Assembly: GCA_040954595.2 (NCBI GenBank) | Contig: JBECUI020000027.1 | Coordinates: 1-64,000 of the forward strand | Origin: Balanoglossus misakiensis | Taxonomy: Eukaryota > Animalia > Hemichordata | Direction of reading: 5' to 3' | DNA length: 64,000 bases | Shown: in pieces, positions 1-10,098 of the stretch | How the letters are laid out: each line of letters starts with the position of its first letter | How positions within the stretch are numbered: position 1 is the stretch's first letter | Made by a program: the position numbers and the translations under genes | The notes under the pieces: model-generated | What the model was told of the DNA's origin: nothing | What the model saw: the letters and a program-made list of their open reading frames with translations, nothing else | Databases searched by the model: none

Positions 1-831
1 ACCGGGAGTGCCTCTTCGTTTAATATCAGAACATTTTCCCCTTCCTGTCTGCGCACCTCCAAGTCGGGGATAATGTAGAGAGGGTAGCTCCTGGAATACA
101 AGCGCCCAGGGAAGGGATTCAACGAGGAAGATATTCGTGCCAGTCATCCCAGACCTTTTTGGAAATTCCCATGGAATTCCTGGTCTCCTCAGGGCTGCAG
201 GTTTCCAGCATGGGGAGAGCCTGAGCAAGAAAAACTTCAAAGCCCGCGGGGGCATCCTCCTGCAATCTGGCCTGCAATTCTAAGGATTCCCGCCAATTAG
301 AACAACCGCAGCCCTGGGGATCAAGCCCCTGAAGAATCTCCAGCGCCTGGGGAAGAAGGGAAACTTCTTCAGTTCCGGCAATCAGTTCCGGAGATTCTCG
401 GTGAAAACCATCTTCATCAAGATTCCCAATAAGTCTCTCTATAAGTTCAACCAGGGGAGGGGGAAGTTTCAGGAAATGAACCTGTCCTATCAATGCTCCC
501 CCAGGGATGCTTGGGGAGAAGGTATATTTTCCAGGAATCGTTGCCTGCTATCAGAATCTCCAGGAGCTAAAGTCTGCCACCCTGGATCGGAGCTATTACT
601 AAAAAGGTCATCTTCGGAAAAAGAAACAGGGTTCTCCTGTTCCAAGGGGAGCCCGCCATCATGCTTAACAATTTCCAGGGCAGGATTGCGTTCCAATTCC
701 TTCTGGATAGTCTCTCGCAGCTCCGTCAGAGGCATGGCCATCAGTCTAATAGACTGAAGCAGACGCTGGCTGAGTTTAAGTTTTAAAGTCTGCCGTTGTA
801 CGGGTATTAATTTGGGACTTTGAGACAGCAA
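1..831 (-). CDS. rpoN: RNA polymerase sigma-54 factor, 5' part (runs off window; apparent frameshifts near 492 and 120)
   Basis: N-terminal QTLKLKLSQRLLQSIRLMAMPLTELRETIQKELERNPALE and core-binding IGNLDEDGF...LQGLDPQGCG...ESLELQ motifs, split over ORFs 490-831 and 119-493; lies directly downstream of lptB. Confidence 0.9.
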
Positions 832-883
832 AACTTACCTCGGCTTATTATTGGAACAACTCCAGGGCCAAAGACAGGATAGA

Positions 884-1619
884 CTACATTTTGAAATCAT
901 GCCCAAGATAAATTTCCCTTGCCCTCTCATCTCCCAAGAGTTCCTGGGAGGTACCTCCGGTGAGGATTTCGCCATGGTTGATAATATAGGCCCTATGAGT
1001 AATGGCCAGAGTGTCGCGAACGTTATGGTCGGTAATCAGAACCCCAATACCTCCTTGAGCCATTTGATCAATAATGCTCTTAAGATCTGCCACAGCAATG
1101 GGATCTATACCACTGAAAGGTTCATCCAGAAGAAGAAACCTGGGTTCTATTGCCAGGGCCCGCGCAACCTCAGTCCGGCGACGCTCACCCCCCGAAAGAG
1201 TGTCCGCCCGTCTGTTGACCAGATCCTGTATCCCCAACTCTTCTAGCAGTTTATCTCGTCTTTGCAATCGTTCCTTTTTTGTTAGACCTCTCTGAGTCTC
1301 CAGTACCGCCATAATGTTCTGTCCGACCTTTAGTTTCTGAAACACCGAAGGCTCCTGAGGAAGATAGGAAATCCCTCGACGAGCCCGCTTAAACATAGGT
1401 TCATGAGTAATATCCGCATTATTTAACCAGACCTTACCGGTAGTGACCGGAATAAATCCCGCAATCATGTAAAAACTGGTAGTCTTTCCCGCACCGTTAG
1501 GCCCTAAAAGCCCCACAACCTCTCCCTGGTTCATGGAAAAAGCTCACGTCGGCCACGGCCAGTTTTCGGCCATAGCGCTTTCTTAGACCCTCCGCCCGGA
1601 TTTCCGCAATTTCGCTCAT
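884..1619 (-). CDS. lptB: LPS export ABC transporter ATP-binding protein
   Basis: GPNGAGKTT, YLPQEPSVF, LSGGERRR, LLLDEPFSGIDP, ITDHNVRDTL. The probable start ATG at 1619 (MSEIAEIRAEGLRKRYG) is out of frame by one extra T in a homopolymer near 1537. Confidence 0.92.
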
Positions 1620-2254
1620 TCTTCCTCATCCGTGCTCAATGCACCAGAAACCTCTCCTTCCAGAGTAATTTCTTCGGTACTTAAATTCACAATTATCCGT
1701 TCAGCGCGATACTGGTCATCCCCTCTCCACACCACAGGTAGGCCAGAAAGCTCCAGCACATCATCACCTCTCCGATAGAGTGCGAACTCTCCTCGGCAAA
1801 CAAGATTCTCTTTGATCAGCCTTACACTCATCTGCAGAATCACTAGTTTTTCATTTTCCCGGTTTTCAAGAGACTCACAGCGGATCACCAGATTTTCCTT
1901 CTCGTCCTCAAGGACAACCTGTCCCCGGAACAGGAGCACCCCAGCTTTACGATCGTAGGTTACCTGGTCGGCAGAAATTGTAATCCCTTCATTGAAAATC
2001 TTGGACAACCACCCCACCCCGGCCCTCCATGCGGTAAAGCTCTCTGCCAAAAAGTTCCACCTATCAGCTCGTATTTCCTTAGTTTCCGAAGCTATGCGTG
2101 CCCCCTTTTCCAGAACCGTATTTTCTCGCCCCTCAGTAAAAACAGAGGAGACCTCACCAGCTAGAAAATGCCAATCTTCGCCATTCGCCGAAGGAGCCCC
2201 ACACAGGAGTAAAACTCCCAAAAATGCCCAGTGTCCCAGACTTCTACTCATCAT
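1616..2254 (-). CDS. lptA: LptA/OstA-like periplasmic beta-jellyroll protein
   Basis: Signal peptide, LELSGLPVVWRGDDQYRAERIIVNL C-terminus, position between lptC and lptB; probable short frameshifted stretch internally. Confidence 0.75.
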   Translation of the reverse strand: MMSRSLGHWAFLGVLLLCGAPSANGEDWHFLAGEVSSVFTEGRENTVLEKGARIASETKEIRADRWNFLAESFTAWRAGVGWLSKIFNEGITISADQVTYDRKAGVLLFRGQVVLEDEKENLVIRCESLENRENEKLVILQMSVRLIKENLVCRGEFALYRRGDDVLELSGLPVVWRGDDQYRAERIIVNLSTEEITLEGEVSGALSTDEEE

Positions 2255-2277
2255 CCGTAGTCACCACCCCTCGAGCA

Positions 2278-2769
2278 CTATTGGTAAATTGGTAAGTATT
2301 TCTGGCCAGATTTGCAGAAAAACCCGGTTCCAGAAACAGAAAAACCACCACTATCTTCGATAGTTACAAGCCCCTCACCCTCCAGGATTTTATCCTCTTC
2401 GGACCATGTGAGAGCCGAAGCGCTCAGTTCCGCTTCCTCGGTAAAATCTCTTATCTGAATATCTCCTGAAGCGGTGCCTTCATTCTCTCTGAACAACCGA
2501 ATATTATCAGCACTGCCCTCCCTGAGTAAGACATTGTTTTCATTATACTCCCGAAAAATAGCATTGGCAAAAATAGTTATCTCATCATCATTAAAAACTT
2601 CCACTTTCCCGGCCATGGAAACAACTTTCCGCTCCCCATCAAAACTGGTTTGACGGAGATTCCAGGAAATAGTATCGGGACGCTTCTCCTCCTCATTTTC
2701 CTGCTGCCCCTCCGAACAGGAAAAGACTGACAACAGAAACATAAACACCAGGAATTGAGAAATCTTCAT
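2278..2769 (-). CDS. lptC: LptC-like lipoprotein
   Basis: Lipobox-like SVFSC, LSASALTWSEEDKILEGEGLVTI...VSGTGF motif, upstream of lptA; 3' end probably frameshifted. Confidence 0.7.
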   Translation of the reverse strand: MKISQFLVFMFLLSVFSCSEGQQENEEEKRPDTISWNLRQTSFDGERKVVSMAGKVEVFNDDEITIFANAIFREYNENNVLLREGSADNIRLFRENEGTASGDIQIRDFTEEAELSASALTWSEEDKILEGEGLVTIEDSGGFSVSGTGFFCKSGQKYLPIYQ

Positions 2770-3367
2770 ACTATTATTATTTGCCCTCCATCCAGAGACG
2801 TCAACCTAATAAAATGGAAACTTCCCCCCAAGGCTACGGAGTTCCCCCTGATGGAAGATAGATTTAGTGATAGTCCAAGCTGATTAGAAGGTTTCCATAC
2901 ACAGAACCTGGACCAGGGGATAGAAAGAGTTAGAGACGAAAAAAAGAGAATAAAAAAATAAATAGAAGGCGGACAAGGCATTTCCTGCGTTTTGTGCAAT
3001 TCAGGAACTCCTCAACCTTGGCTTCCGATAAATTTTTACCGTGAAAAATTACTTATCCAACAAATAATTATTTAAGAAAAGAAGAATCTACTGTTTTTTA
3101 CCTGCTCCTTAATGATACTCCAATATGACAAGAAAGGTTCCCTCACACATCCCAGAAGTGAATATAAGCAAAGAATTATTAACCGCAAAGAACACGAATC
3201 AGGCCTTTACCACAGTCCAGAGCTTCATCTCCAAACTCCCATCCATAGTCTTAACGGTAAACGCAGAACCCTAAGTCCTGTATTTCTCTGTACAAACGTA
3301 GATCCAAGTCTTCTTTAGTGAATTCCAAAAAGAGTATTATGAGACAATCAGGAACTAAAGGAAAATT

Positions 3368-4447
3368 ATGAATAACTATCTAATCAGCGGTATCCAGCAG
3401 TTGGGTATAGGAATTCCCCGGGTAGAAGAAGCCTGGAATTGGTATCTTTGTCGCTTTGGTATGGATTTGCCCATCTTTCGAGAAGCGGCTGAAGCCCCCT
3501 ACATGACCCCCTACACTGGAGGCAAGGTGCACTCCAGGGACGCTGTTCTAGCAATCAATCTCCGGGGAGGCAGTGGTTTCGAGATCTGGCAGTACACCAG
3601 CCGAGAAACCATTTTCCCCGACAACGCTCCTCTTCTTGGTGATCTGGGCATCCTCGCAGGAAAAATCAAGACAGAAGATATCCCGAAAACTCGACAATTT
3701 CTAAAGGACTCTGGCACCAAGCTGGTGAGTGAGGTGGTCCAGAACCCAAGGGGCGAGTCCAGCTTCTATCTGAAAGATCCCTATGATAACCTGTTCCAGG
3801 TTATTCCTGGAGAAGACTGGTTTTCCCGCCGGGGACATAGGACTGGGGGACTTGCTGGAGTCATTATCGGCGTAAAAGACATTGAAACCTCCCTACCCCT
3901 TTATCGGGACATCCTGGGATACGACAAGGTTCTCCACAGCAGTGAAGGAGTCTTTCCAGACTGGGCAGATCTTCCCGGGGGGAAAGGCCGGTTCCGAAGA
4001 CTTCATCTGGGTTGTTCGAGAAAACCCCAAGGTCCCTTCGCTCCCATCTTCGGGAGCTCCACTCTGGAACTCGTTCAGGCCCTGGACAGAAGCCCCAGAA
4101 AGATCTTCGAAGGCCGATTCTGGGGTGATGCAGGATTTATTCATCTCTGCTTTGATGTCCAGGGAATGGATGGATTGAAGAAAACCTTAGAGGAAAAAGG
4201 ATTTCCCTTTACCATAGACAGCAAGAGTAGTTTTGCCATGGGAGAAGCCGGAGGTCGTTTTGCCTACTGCGAAGACCCCGATGGTACCCTCATTGAGTTT
4301 GTGGAAACCCACAGAATTCCTATAGCCAAAAAGTGGAACTGGTATTTGGATCTTTCCAAAAGAAAAACCGGTAAGGCCCTTCCCCGCCTCCTTTTAAAGG
4401 CTCTGGGATTGGGAAGGGTTAAGGGTAATTGTCCAGAAATACCTTAA
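3368..4447 (+). CDS. VOC/glyoxalase superfamily protein (tandem domains)
   Basis: IQQLGIG, YLKDPYDNLFQV, FIHLCFDV and YCEDPDGTLIEFVE VOC motifs; 359 aa. Confidence 0.85.
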   Translation: MNNYLISGIQQLGIGIPRVEEAWNWYLCRFGMDLPIFREAAEAPYMTPYTGGKVHSRDAVLAINLRGGSGFEIWQYTSRETIFPDNAPLLGDLGILAGKIKTEDIPKTRQFLKDSGTKLVSEVVQNPRGESSFYLKDPYDNLFQVIPGEDWFSRRGHRTGGLAGVIIGVKDIETSLPLYRDILGYDKVLHSSEGVFPDWADLPGGKGRFRRLHLGCSRKPQGPFAPIFGSSTLELVQALDRSPRKIFEGRFWGDAGFIHLCFDVQGMDGLKKTLEEKGFPFTIDSKSSFAMGEAGGRFAYCEDPDGTLIEFVETHRIPIAKKWNWYLDLSKRKTGKALPRLLLKALGLGRVKGNCPEIP

Positions 4448-5715
4448 TCCTGATCAACTCCATAGATCCTGTTGAGTTTCTTCTGCTCATCATCTTTCAG
4501 GCTGCGGGGAAAGGTTAATTCATCCCACATAGATTTAAAGACCTCTATGGTTCGAAGCACATCTTCTTCTGAATGCTGGGCAGTGGGGATCATACGGAAC
4601 ATAACCAAGCCCGGAGGAATAACAGGATAGGAGATTCCAGAGCAGAAAATACCCTTCCCTCGAAGATAAGCGAGCATTTTCATGGCAAGATCTTCTACCT
4701 TTCCTTCTATAGGAATAAAAACGGTACAGATTGGAGAATCTCCGGAACCTATGTGGTAACCTACCTCTTTGAGACCTGCTTTCAGTTGTTTGGAACGTTC
4801 CCACATAATGGCCCGTCTATCGTCTCCTGCTATTACCTTTTCCAGGGTTTTTTGCAAAGAACTCACATAGACCATGGGAAGGGCCTTGGCAAAAACCTGG
4901 GTTCTGGCGTTGTAGGCAATCCAGTCCCGTACATCGGAAGTTGTAGCCGAATATCCCCCGATTGAGGCAAAGGCCTTGGCAAAGGTACCAAAATAGATGT
5001 CAACTTTGTCTTGTACCTGATAGTGGTCGGCAGTGCCACGCCCTTTTTCTCCCATAACTCCAATACCGTGAGCATCGTCAATAAAAAGCCGAGCTTCGTA
5101 TTTCTCTTTAAGTTCCACAATCCCCCGAAGATCAGCTAAGTCCCCGGTCATGCCGTAAACTCCTTCTGTAAGGATCATGACCCCGCCCTTGCGATTTTTG
5201 TTGATGCCTTTCAGAATCGACTCCAGATCGTTCATATTGTTGTGGCGGAATACTCTAACCTTGGCCTGGGAACTAAAGGCACTGTCGACTATACAGGCAT
5301 GGGCCAGTTTATCCATGACCAGAACATCCTCTGGACCGGCCAGAGCCGTAACAGTACCCAAAACCCCCATGTAACCATAATTGAAAAGGAAGGCATCTTC
5401 TTTCTGAGCATACTTTGCCAGTTCCAGCTCCAGTTTCCGATGAGCAGTCGTACCGCCGCTCATCATCCGGGAACCCATAGGAGAACTGACTGAATATTCA
5501 TCCACGGCTGCCCTGGCGGCAGCCTGGATTTCCGCTTCCCCTGCAAGCCCAATGTAATTGTTTATTGACCACATGATGATTTCTTTGCCTTGAAATATCA
5601 TATGAGGACCGGGGTAGGGTTCCAACTCGGGTAAAGTAAAAAAACGGTCTTTAACCTTGCGGAATCTTCCAAAATATCCACCGTCGCCGGCGCATTTACT
5701 AAAGATATCTTTCAT
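4444..5715 (-). CDS. capB: PLP-dependent alpha-oxoamine synthase, probable cysteate:acyl-ACP/CoA C-acyltransferase (CapB/SulA-like)
   Basis: NNYIGL, GSRMMSG, DKLAHACIVD, EGVYGMTGD, DDAHG, GTFAK (PLP Lys247) and RTQVFAK (second Lys277); directly downstream of cysteate synthase. Confidence 0.75.
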   Translation of the reverse strand: MKDIFSKCAGDGGYFGRFRKVKDRFFTLPELEPYPGPHMIFQGKEIIMWSINNYIGLAGEAEIQAAARAAVDEYSVSSPMGSRMMSGGTTAHRKLELELAKYAQKEDAFLFNYGYMGVLGTVTALAGPEDVLVMDKLAHACIVDSAFSSQAKVRVFRHNNMNDLESILKGINKNRKGGVMILTEGVYGMTGDLADLRGIVELKEKYEARLFIDDAHGIGVMGEKGRGTADHYQVQDKVDIYFGTFAKAFASIGGYSATTSDVRDWIAYNARTQVFAKALPMVYVSSLQKTLEKVIAGDDRRAIMWERSKQLKAGLKEVGYHIGSGDSPICTVFIPIEGKVEDLAMKMLAYLRGKGIFCSGISYPVIPPGLVMFRMIPTAQHSEEDVLRTIEVFKSMWDELTFPRSLKDDEQKKLNRIYGVDQD

Positions 5716-5724
5716 TGCTTTTCC

Positions 5725-7038
5725 TTACTTAATTTTGTTGCGCTTCCCCGTCAGGAGAGAAAGAATGAGTTCCCCTTTCTTTTCGGAAGGTGTCTCCTGA
5801 GAAAAAACGATATCGGGCTGCAAAAAGAAAAGAGTTTTATCTTTTTTAAACCTCTCCCAGCCTCCCCCTGTAACATTTAACATAATTGTTTCCCCAGCAT
5901 CCACAAGTCCCATCTTAACAGCCTTGTAGAGGCTGGCCGTGCCCACAGCTGCGGCAGGACTCACGTCAATGCCCTCTAAGGCCAAAAAATTTTGGGCAGC
6001 CTGGTCGGCTTCCTCGTTATTTACGGTAATCACATCTCCGCCACTATCGGTCAGGGCATCAAAGAGTCCCCCAACAATGCCCCAGGGCGGAAAACGGTTA
6101 GAAAGAACAGAGGCATTAATTTCTTTGATTTGTCGACGGGCTTCTGCTTCCTCGGGAATTAAAAACTCCCGACTTCCAGCCTCCCAGGTAGTTTTCATCG
6201 GAGTAAACGGTTCATTTTGACTCACCATCAGACGCATTTTTGATTGACCAAAGCGCCCATCCTCCAAAAAACGTAAAGAAGCCTCCCAGGCAGCTATGGC
6301 TCCAGTTCCACTACCAACCGCCTGAAAGTAAACATCGGGGATACGGCCGATGCTACTTACCGCTGAATATACCGTGGTAGCCATGCCATCTCGGCGGGCC
6401 ACGTTCTTGGCCCCACCTTCAGGAAAGAAGCCCTCTAGAGCGGCCAGAGTTTGGCTCAATTCGATGGCATCAAAGTAATCACTATCAAGCCCGGGAACCA
6501 CCAATTTAACACAGGAATTCAGGGGCGCCTCAAACCAGAGGTTCCGAAGTCCGTTCTCTGGAACACAGAGCAGTAGCGGTAATTTGTTATCCGAGCAAAC
6601 CTGGGCAAAGGCTCTGGCAGTGTTGCCTGCTGAGGCCACCACGAGAACTCCTTCGGTATTATGAGGTAAGCGTGCACCCACACTGTAGGCCTCACATTCC
6701 TTAAAGGTACCGCTTCGCATAAGGGCACCCCGCTCTGGCCACCAACCGCTAAAGGTAATCCAGAGTTCTCTAAGGCCAAGCTCCCGAGCAAGGGACTCAC
6801 TCTTGTAGGTGATCGGTGCGGTCGCTCCATCCAGGAGCCGCCTCAGAGGTAGCCAGTCGGCAAAGCGATACAAGCCCTCAAGCTCTACCCGGTCCCTAAG
6901 CTGTCTGCTGGCATACTGCGTTCTTATCAGAGATGGGGTGGGATTTTCGGAAAAATCCAGCACAAAACCATCGTCGGAACATTCCTTACCCGTTCCAAGA
7001 GAAACAAGTTTGTAGTCTGTCGCTTGAAAATTCTTCAA
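5725..7038 (-). CDS. capA: Cysteate synthase (threonine-synthase-like PLP enzyme)
   Basis: SGTFKECEA, VVASAGNTARAF, EGGAKNVARRDGMAT, YFQAVGSGTGAIAAWEA, VLSNR, LNVTGGG. Confidence 0.85.
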   Translation of the reverse strand: MKNFQATDYKLVSLGTGKECSDDGFVLDFSENPTPSLIRTQYASRQLRDRVELEGLYRFADWLPLRRLLDGATAPITYKSESLARELGLRELWITFSGWWPERGALMRSGTFKECEAYSVGARLPHNTEGVLVVASAGNTARAFAQVCSDNKLPLLLCVPENGLRNLWFEAPLNSCVKLVVPGLDSDYFDAIELSQTLAALEGFFPEGGAKNVARRDGMATTVYSAVSSIGRIPDVYFQAVGSGTGAIAAWEASLRFLEDGRFGQSKMRLMVSQNEPFTPMKTTWEAGSREFLIPEEAEARRQIKEINASVLSNRFPPWGIVGGLFDALTDSGGDVITVNNEEADQAAQNFLALEGIDVSPAAAVGTASLYKAVKMGLVDAGETIMLNVTGGGWERFKKDKTLFFLQPDIVFSQETPSEKKGELILSLLTGKRNKIK

Positions 7039-8856
7039 CTAATTCCCTACCGCTAAAAGTCCCTTCTGGTCAAGCATCTTGATTGCCGGCTCCAGATCTT
7101 TTTCCATTTTTTCAGGATCTTCAACCATATAATCCACATCCAAGTCGTTTTCCTTGCTGGAACCTACCCAAATAACAACTACCTTTTTGTCTCCCACCGA
7201 TTCCCGGAATAACTCACTCTCATCAAAAGTAAGCCACGAAACGGTAATCAACAAAATAACCCCGGCATCTAGGAAGAAATTGGCCATTTCTGCCAGTTTG
7301 AGAATTAGCTCTTCCCGTTTCTCAGAATGGTGACGCCGAAAACGGCGGCCGGCCTTGTGGTCAGCTTCCAGCCCTGCCAGCACATTCCCGACCGTTAGAT
7401 AATAGGTCTTCTTCCCCTGCTCAAAAATGGCCTTTTCCAGTTGCTTGGCAAAGTCGTCCTTCCGAAGGTCATCAGACCCTCCCAGAAGTATCAAAGCCGG
7501 GCCGTGATTGTAGGCCAGATTCCGAGTATTCCGGAATACCAGGCTGGTATCCCAGCTAAAATCTCTCTTGCGGAAATAATCATGGTAAACAAGGTCATTG
7601 TTCTGGAGAACTTCCCGGATAATCCCACCCCCGGCAATCTCATAGCCATCCACAAGAACAAAACGGCTGGTTTGGGGAACAATGTCCACCAAATCAAAGG
7701 CAATAGGCCGATGAATGGTCAGAACACAGTCGGCCACATCGTGACGTTCAATAATTTTTTTTGCCCCATCAGCACTGAGGTTTGTTGCGTTAATAACTCG
7801 GAGTATATCAGAAAGCTGAGCCCTTACCCTTTCGGTGCCAACTTTTAGAATGTAATCTTTCTCTTTTTCCAAAGGTTCACGCCCCAGCCAGAAAAGATTA
7901 ACCCGAATTGTCTTTCCCACCTGGGGAGGATCATCCCCCACCAGGGAAGCCAGGGAACCCCGCTTGACATAAACCTGCTCCCGCAGGGTAAAACCCGCAG
8001 CCTGCCCCGCAAGAACATTAGAGGGATTATCTCCAGCAAAATTTTCTAAAGATCTAACACGACTTTTTTTCCCGGAGGGGTAAAAAATTATTTCATCATC
8101 GGCCCGGAGAACTCCGCTCGTAACTGTTCCGGCAATGATGCGCCGCTGGTCTCCATAGGCAGTAAATTTATAAACATCCTGCACTGGCATACGAAAAGGA
8201 AGGTGGTCAAGACTCTTTTCCTTGACAAAAGTATCGATAAGTTCGAGTACAGTAGGCCCCCTCCACCAGGACATCTTAGATCCTGGAGAGGAAATATTAT
8301 CTCCCTCCCGACCGGAGACAGGGACGAAGCTGACCTCAGGCATCTCGAGCTTCCTTAGGAACCGGGAATAGCGACGAACCACAGACCTGTAGGCCTTCCG
8401 GTCATAATCCACCAAGTCCATCTTATTGACCAGCACACAGAGCTGCTTTATTCCCAACATGCTTAAGATGTAACCGTGACGTTTGGAATTCTCCTGAACC
8501 CCCTCTTTGGCATCAATAACCAGAAAGGCCGCTTCGGCCCGGGATGCTCCGGTAACCATGTTTTTGAGGAATTCTATATGCCCTGGGGCATCAATAATGA
8601 TGTAATGTCGCCGCTTTGTTTTAAAGAAGACCCGAGCGGAATCTATGGTGATTCCCTGAGACTGCTCATCTTTAAGGGCATCAAGGAGAAAGGCATATTC
8701 AAAGGGTTTGGAATTTCTTTCGCATTCTTTTTTGACCTGGTCTATTTTTCCATCCTGAAGGCTGTTGGTGTCCGCCATAAGTCGACCAATAACCGTACTT
8801 TTCCCGTGATCCACATGACCTGTTACAACGATGTTCATGGATTCTGTCATGCTCAC
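7039..8856 (-). CDS. cysN: Sulfate adenylyltransferase large subunit with degenerate C-terminal APS-kinase-like domain
   Basis: [27 protein letters not shown]; the C-terminal CysC-like region has no P-loop. Confidence 0.9.
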   Translation of the reverse strand: MSMTESMNIVVTGHVDHGKSTVIGRLMADTNSLQDGKIDQVKKECERNSKPFEYAFLLDALKDEQSQGITIDSARVFFKTKRRHYIIIDAPGHIEFLKNMVTGASRAEAAFLVIDAKEGVQENSKRHGYILSMLGIKQLCVLVNKMDLVDYDRKAYRSVVRRYSRFLRKLEMPEVSFVPVSGREGDNISSPGSKMSWWRGPTVLELIDTFVKEKSLDHLPFRMPVQDVYKFTAYGDQRRIIAGTVTSGVLRADDEIIFYPSGKKSRVRSLENFAGDNPSNVLAGQAAGFTLREQVYVKRGSLASLVGDDPPQVGKTIRVNLFWLGREPLEKEKDYILKVGTERVRAQLSDILRVINATNLSADGAKKIIERHDVADCVLTIHRPIAFDLVDIVPQTSRFVLVDGYEIAGGGIIREVLQNNDLVYHDYFRKRDFSWDTSLVFRNTRNLAYNHGPALILLGGSDDLRKDDFAKQLEKAIFEQGKKTYYLTVGNVLAGLEADHKAGRRFRRHHSEKREELILKLAEMANFFLDAGVILLITVSWLTFDESELFRESVGDKKVVVIWVGSSKENDLDVDYMVEDPEKMEKDLEPAIKMLDQKGLLAVGN

Positions 8857-9734
8857 ATATATCCTTCACGACGCAAGGTTTCCAGGCCACCACCATCTTC
8901 TTTGTCCTGAGCCCGCCCCGATCGTTCTGCAATATTGGCAAATTTACCCGAACGGAGTTCCTCAATAACCTGAGAAGTATTCCGGGCCTTGGAGAGTACC
9001 GGGTGTGTGCAAGGGCCACAGCCCAGGGAGCGATAACGTTTACCATCTCCCTGGTCATAATACAGAGAAACCGTTGGTATTTTTTCTGCTTCAATGTATT
9101 CCCAGATATTCACTTCTGTCCAGTCCAAAAGTGGGTGAATGCGGACATGAGTTCCAGGGGCAAAATCCGTCTTAAATTGATTCCAGAATTCCGGAGGCTG
9201 ATCTTCAACCTCCCAGGTATTTTCTGTGTCTCTAGGTGAAAAGTAACGTTCCTTAGAGCGTGATCCTTCTTCGTCTGATCGAACCCCCACAATAACTCCT
9301 GTGTAGGCCTCCTTATCAGGATCCAACTCATAACGATTGTTTTCGTGATTAAAACGATAGCGGGGCCATTTACCGTTTAAGGTGTTCTTAAGTGCCTCGG
9401 TCTTGAGTAGACGACAACAGGTAATCCGGTCCACCTTCCCTTCAGGAAAGGTTTGCTTGTTTTCCAATGCCTGACGATTTTCGCCATAGACCATAGGTAG
9501 CTTCCATTCCCGAGCCAAACGATCCCGATACTCAATCATCTCCGCTATCTTATAGCTCGTATCAATATGAACCAAGGGGAAAGGGATATGACCATAAAAA
9601 GCTTTGCGCGCCAGCCAAAGCAAGACAGTTGAGTCTTTACCGATGGACCAGAGCATGCATAAATTGGTAAAATTGGCATAGGCTTCCCGAAGGATGTGTA
9701 TGCTGAGATTTTCCAGTTGTGTTAAATGTTCCAT
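8853..9734 (-). CDS. cysD: Sulfate adenylyltransferase small subunit
   Basis: [51 protein letters not shown]. Confidence 0.95.
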   Translation of the reverse strand: MEHLTQLENLSIHILREAYANFTNLCMLWSIGKDSTVLLWLARKAFYGHIPFPLVHIDTSYKIAEMIEYRDRLAREWKLPMVYGENRQALENKQTFPEGKVDRITCCRLLKTEALKNTLNGKWPRYRFNHENNRYELDPDKEAYTGVIVGVRSDEEGSRSKERYFSPRDTENTWEVEDQPPEFWNQFKTDFAPGTHVRIHPLLDWTEVNIWEYIEAEKIPTVSLYYDQGDGKRYRSLGCGPCTHPVLSKARNTSQVIEELRSGKFANIAERSGRAQDKEDGGGLETLRREGYM

Positions 9735-10098
9735 GTTCCTATATGTAGTTTCCTGAAACTTTCTTATAGATCATCGACAACGCCGATTAAGGGAATCTAA
9801 TACAAATCCAACAAAAAGAGAAGGGACAGGCAATAAAGATCTTGAACAGACAGGCTTTCTATCAATCTGAATTTATTGTATTCAACTACGGTATAGCTTG
9901 CTTATACAACGCACCAGCATATCAAAACCTAGAGAGTATAGTATCCTTGTCAACTAAAAATAAAAAATCGGAAGAAGAACGAAAATCAGGACTTGGACTG
10001 GGGTAACAGAGAAACAAATCTCCCCCTGAAACCTTAGGTTATAGGTTCAAAGCCTCCCCATCGAAAGGGCATAAAGGCCGAAAAAGGTTGTTTGTATT

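Noticed and set aside
4444-5715. BioF or ordinary serine palmitoyltransferase
   Set aside because: No bio genes are nearby; the FAK motif and the adjacent cysteate synthase point to CapB/SulA, though SPT is not formally excluded
5725-7038. Threonine synthase or coenzyme M pathway annotation
   Set aside because: The motifs fit cysteate synthase, and linkage to an oxoamine synthase with no CoM genes favours lipid synthesis
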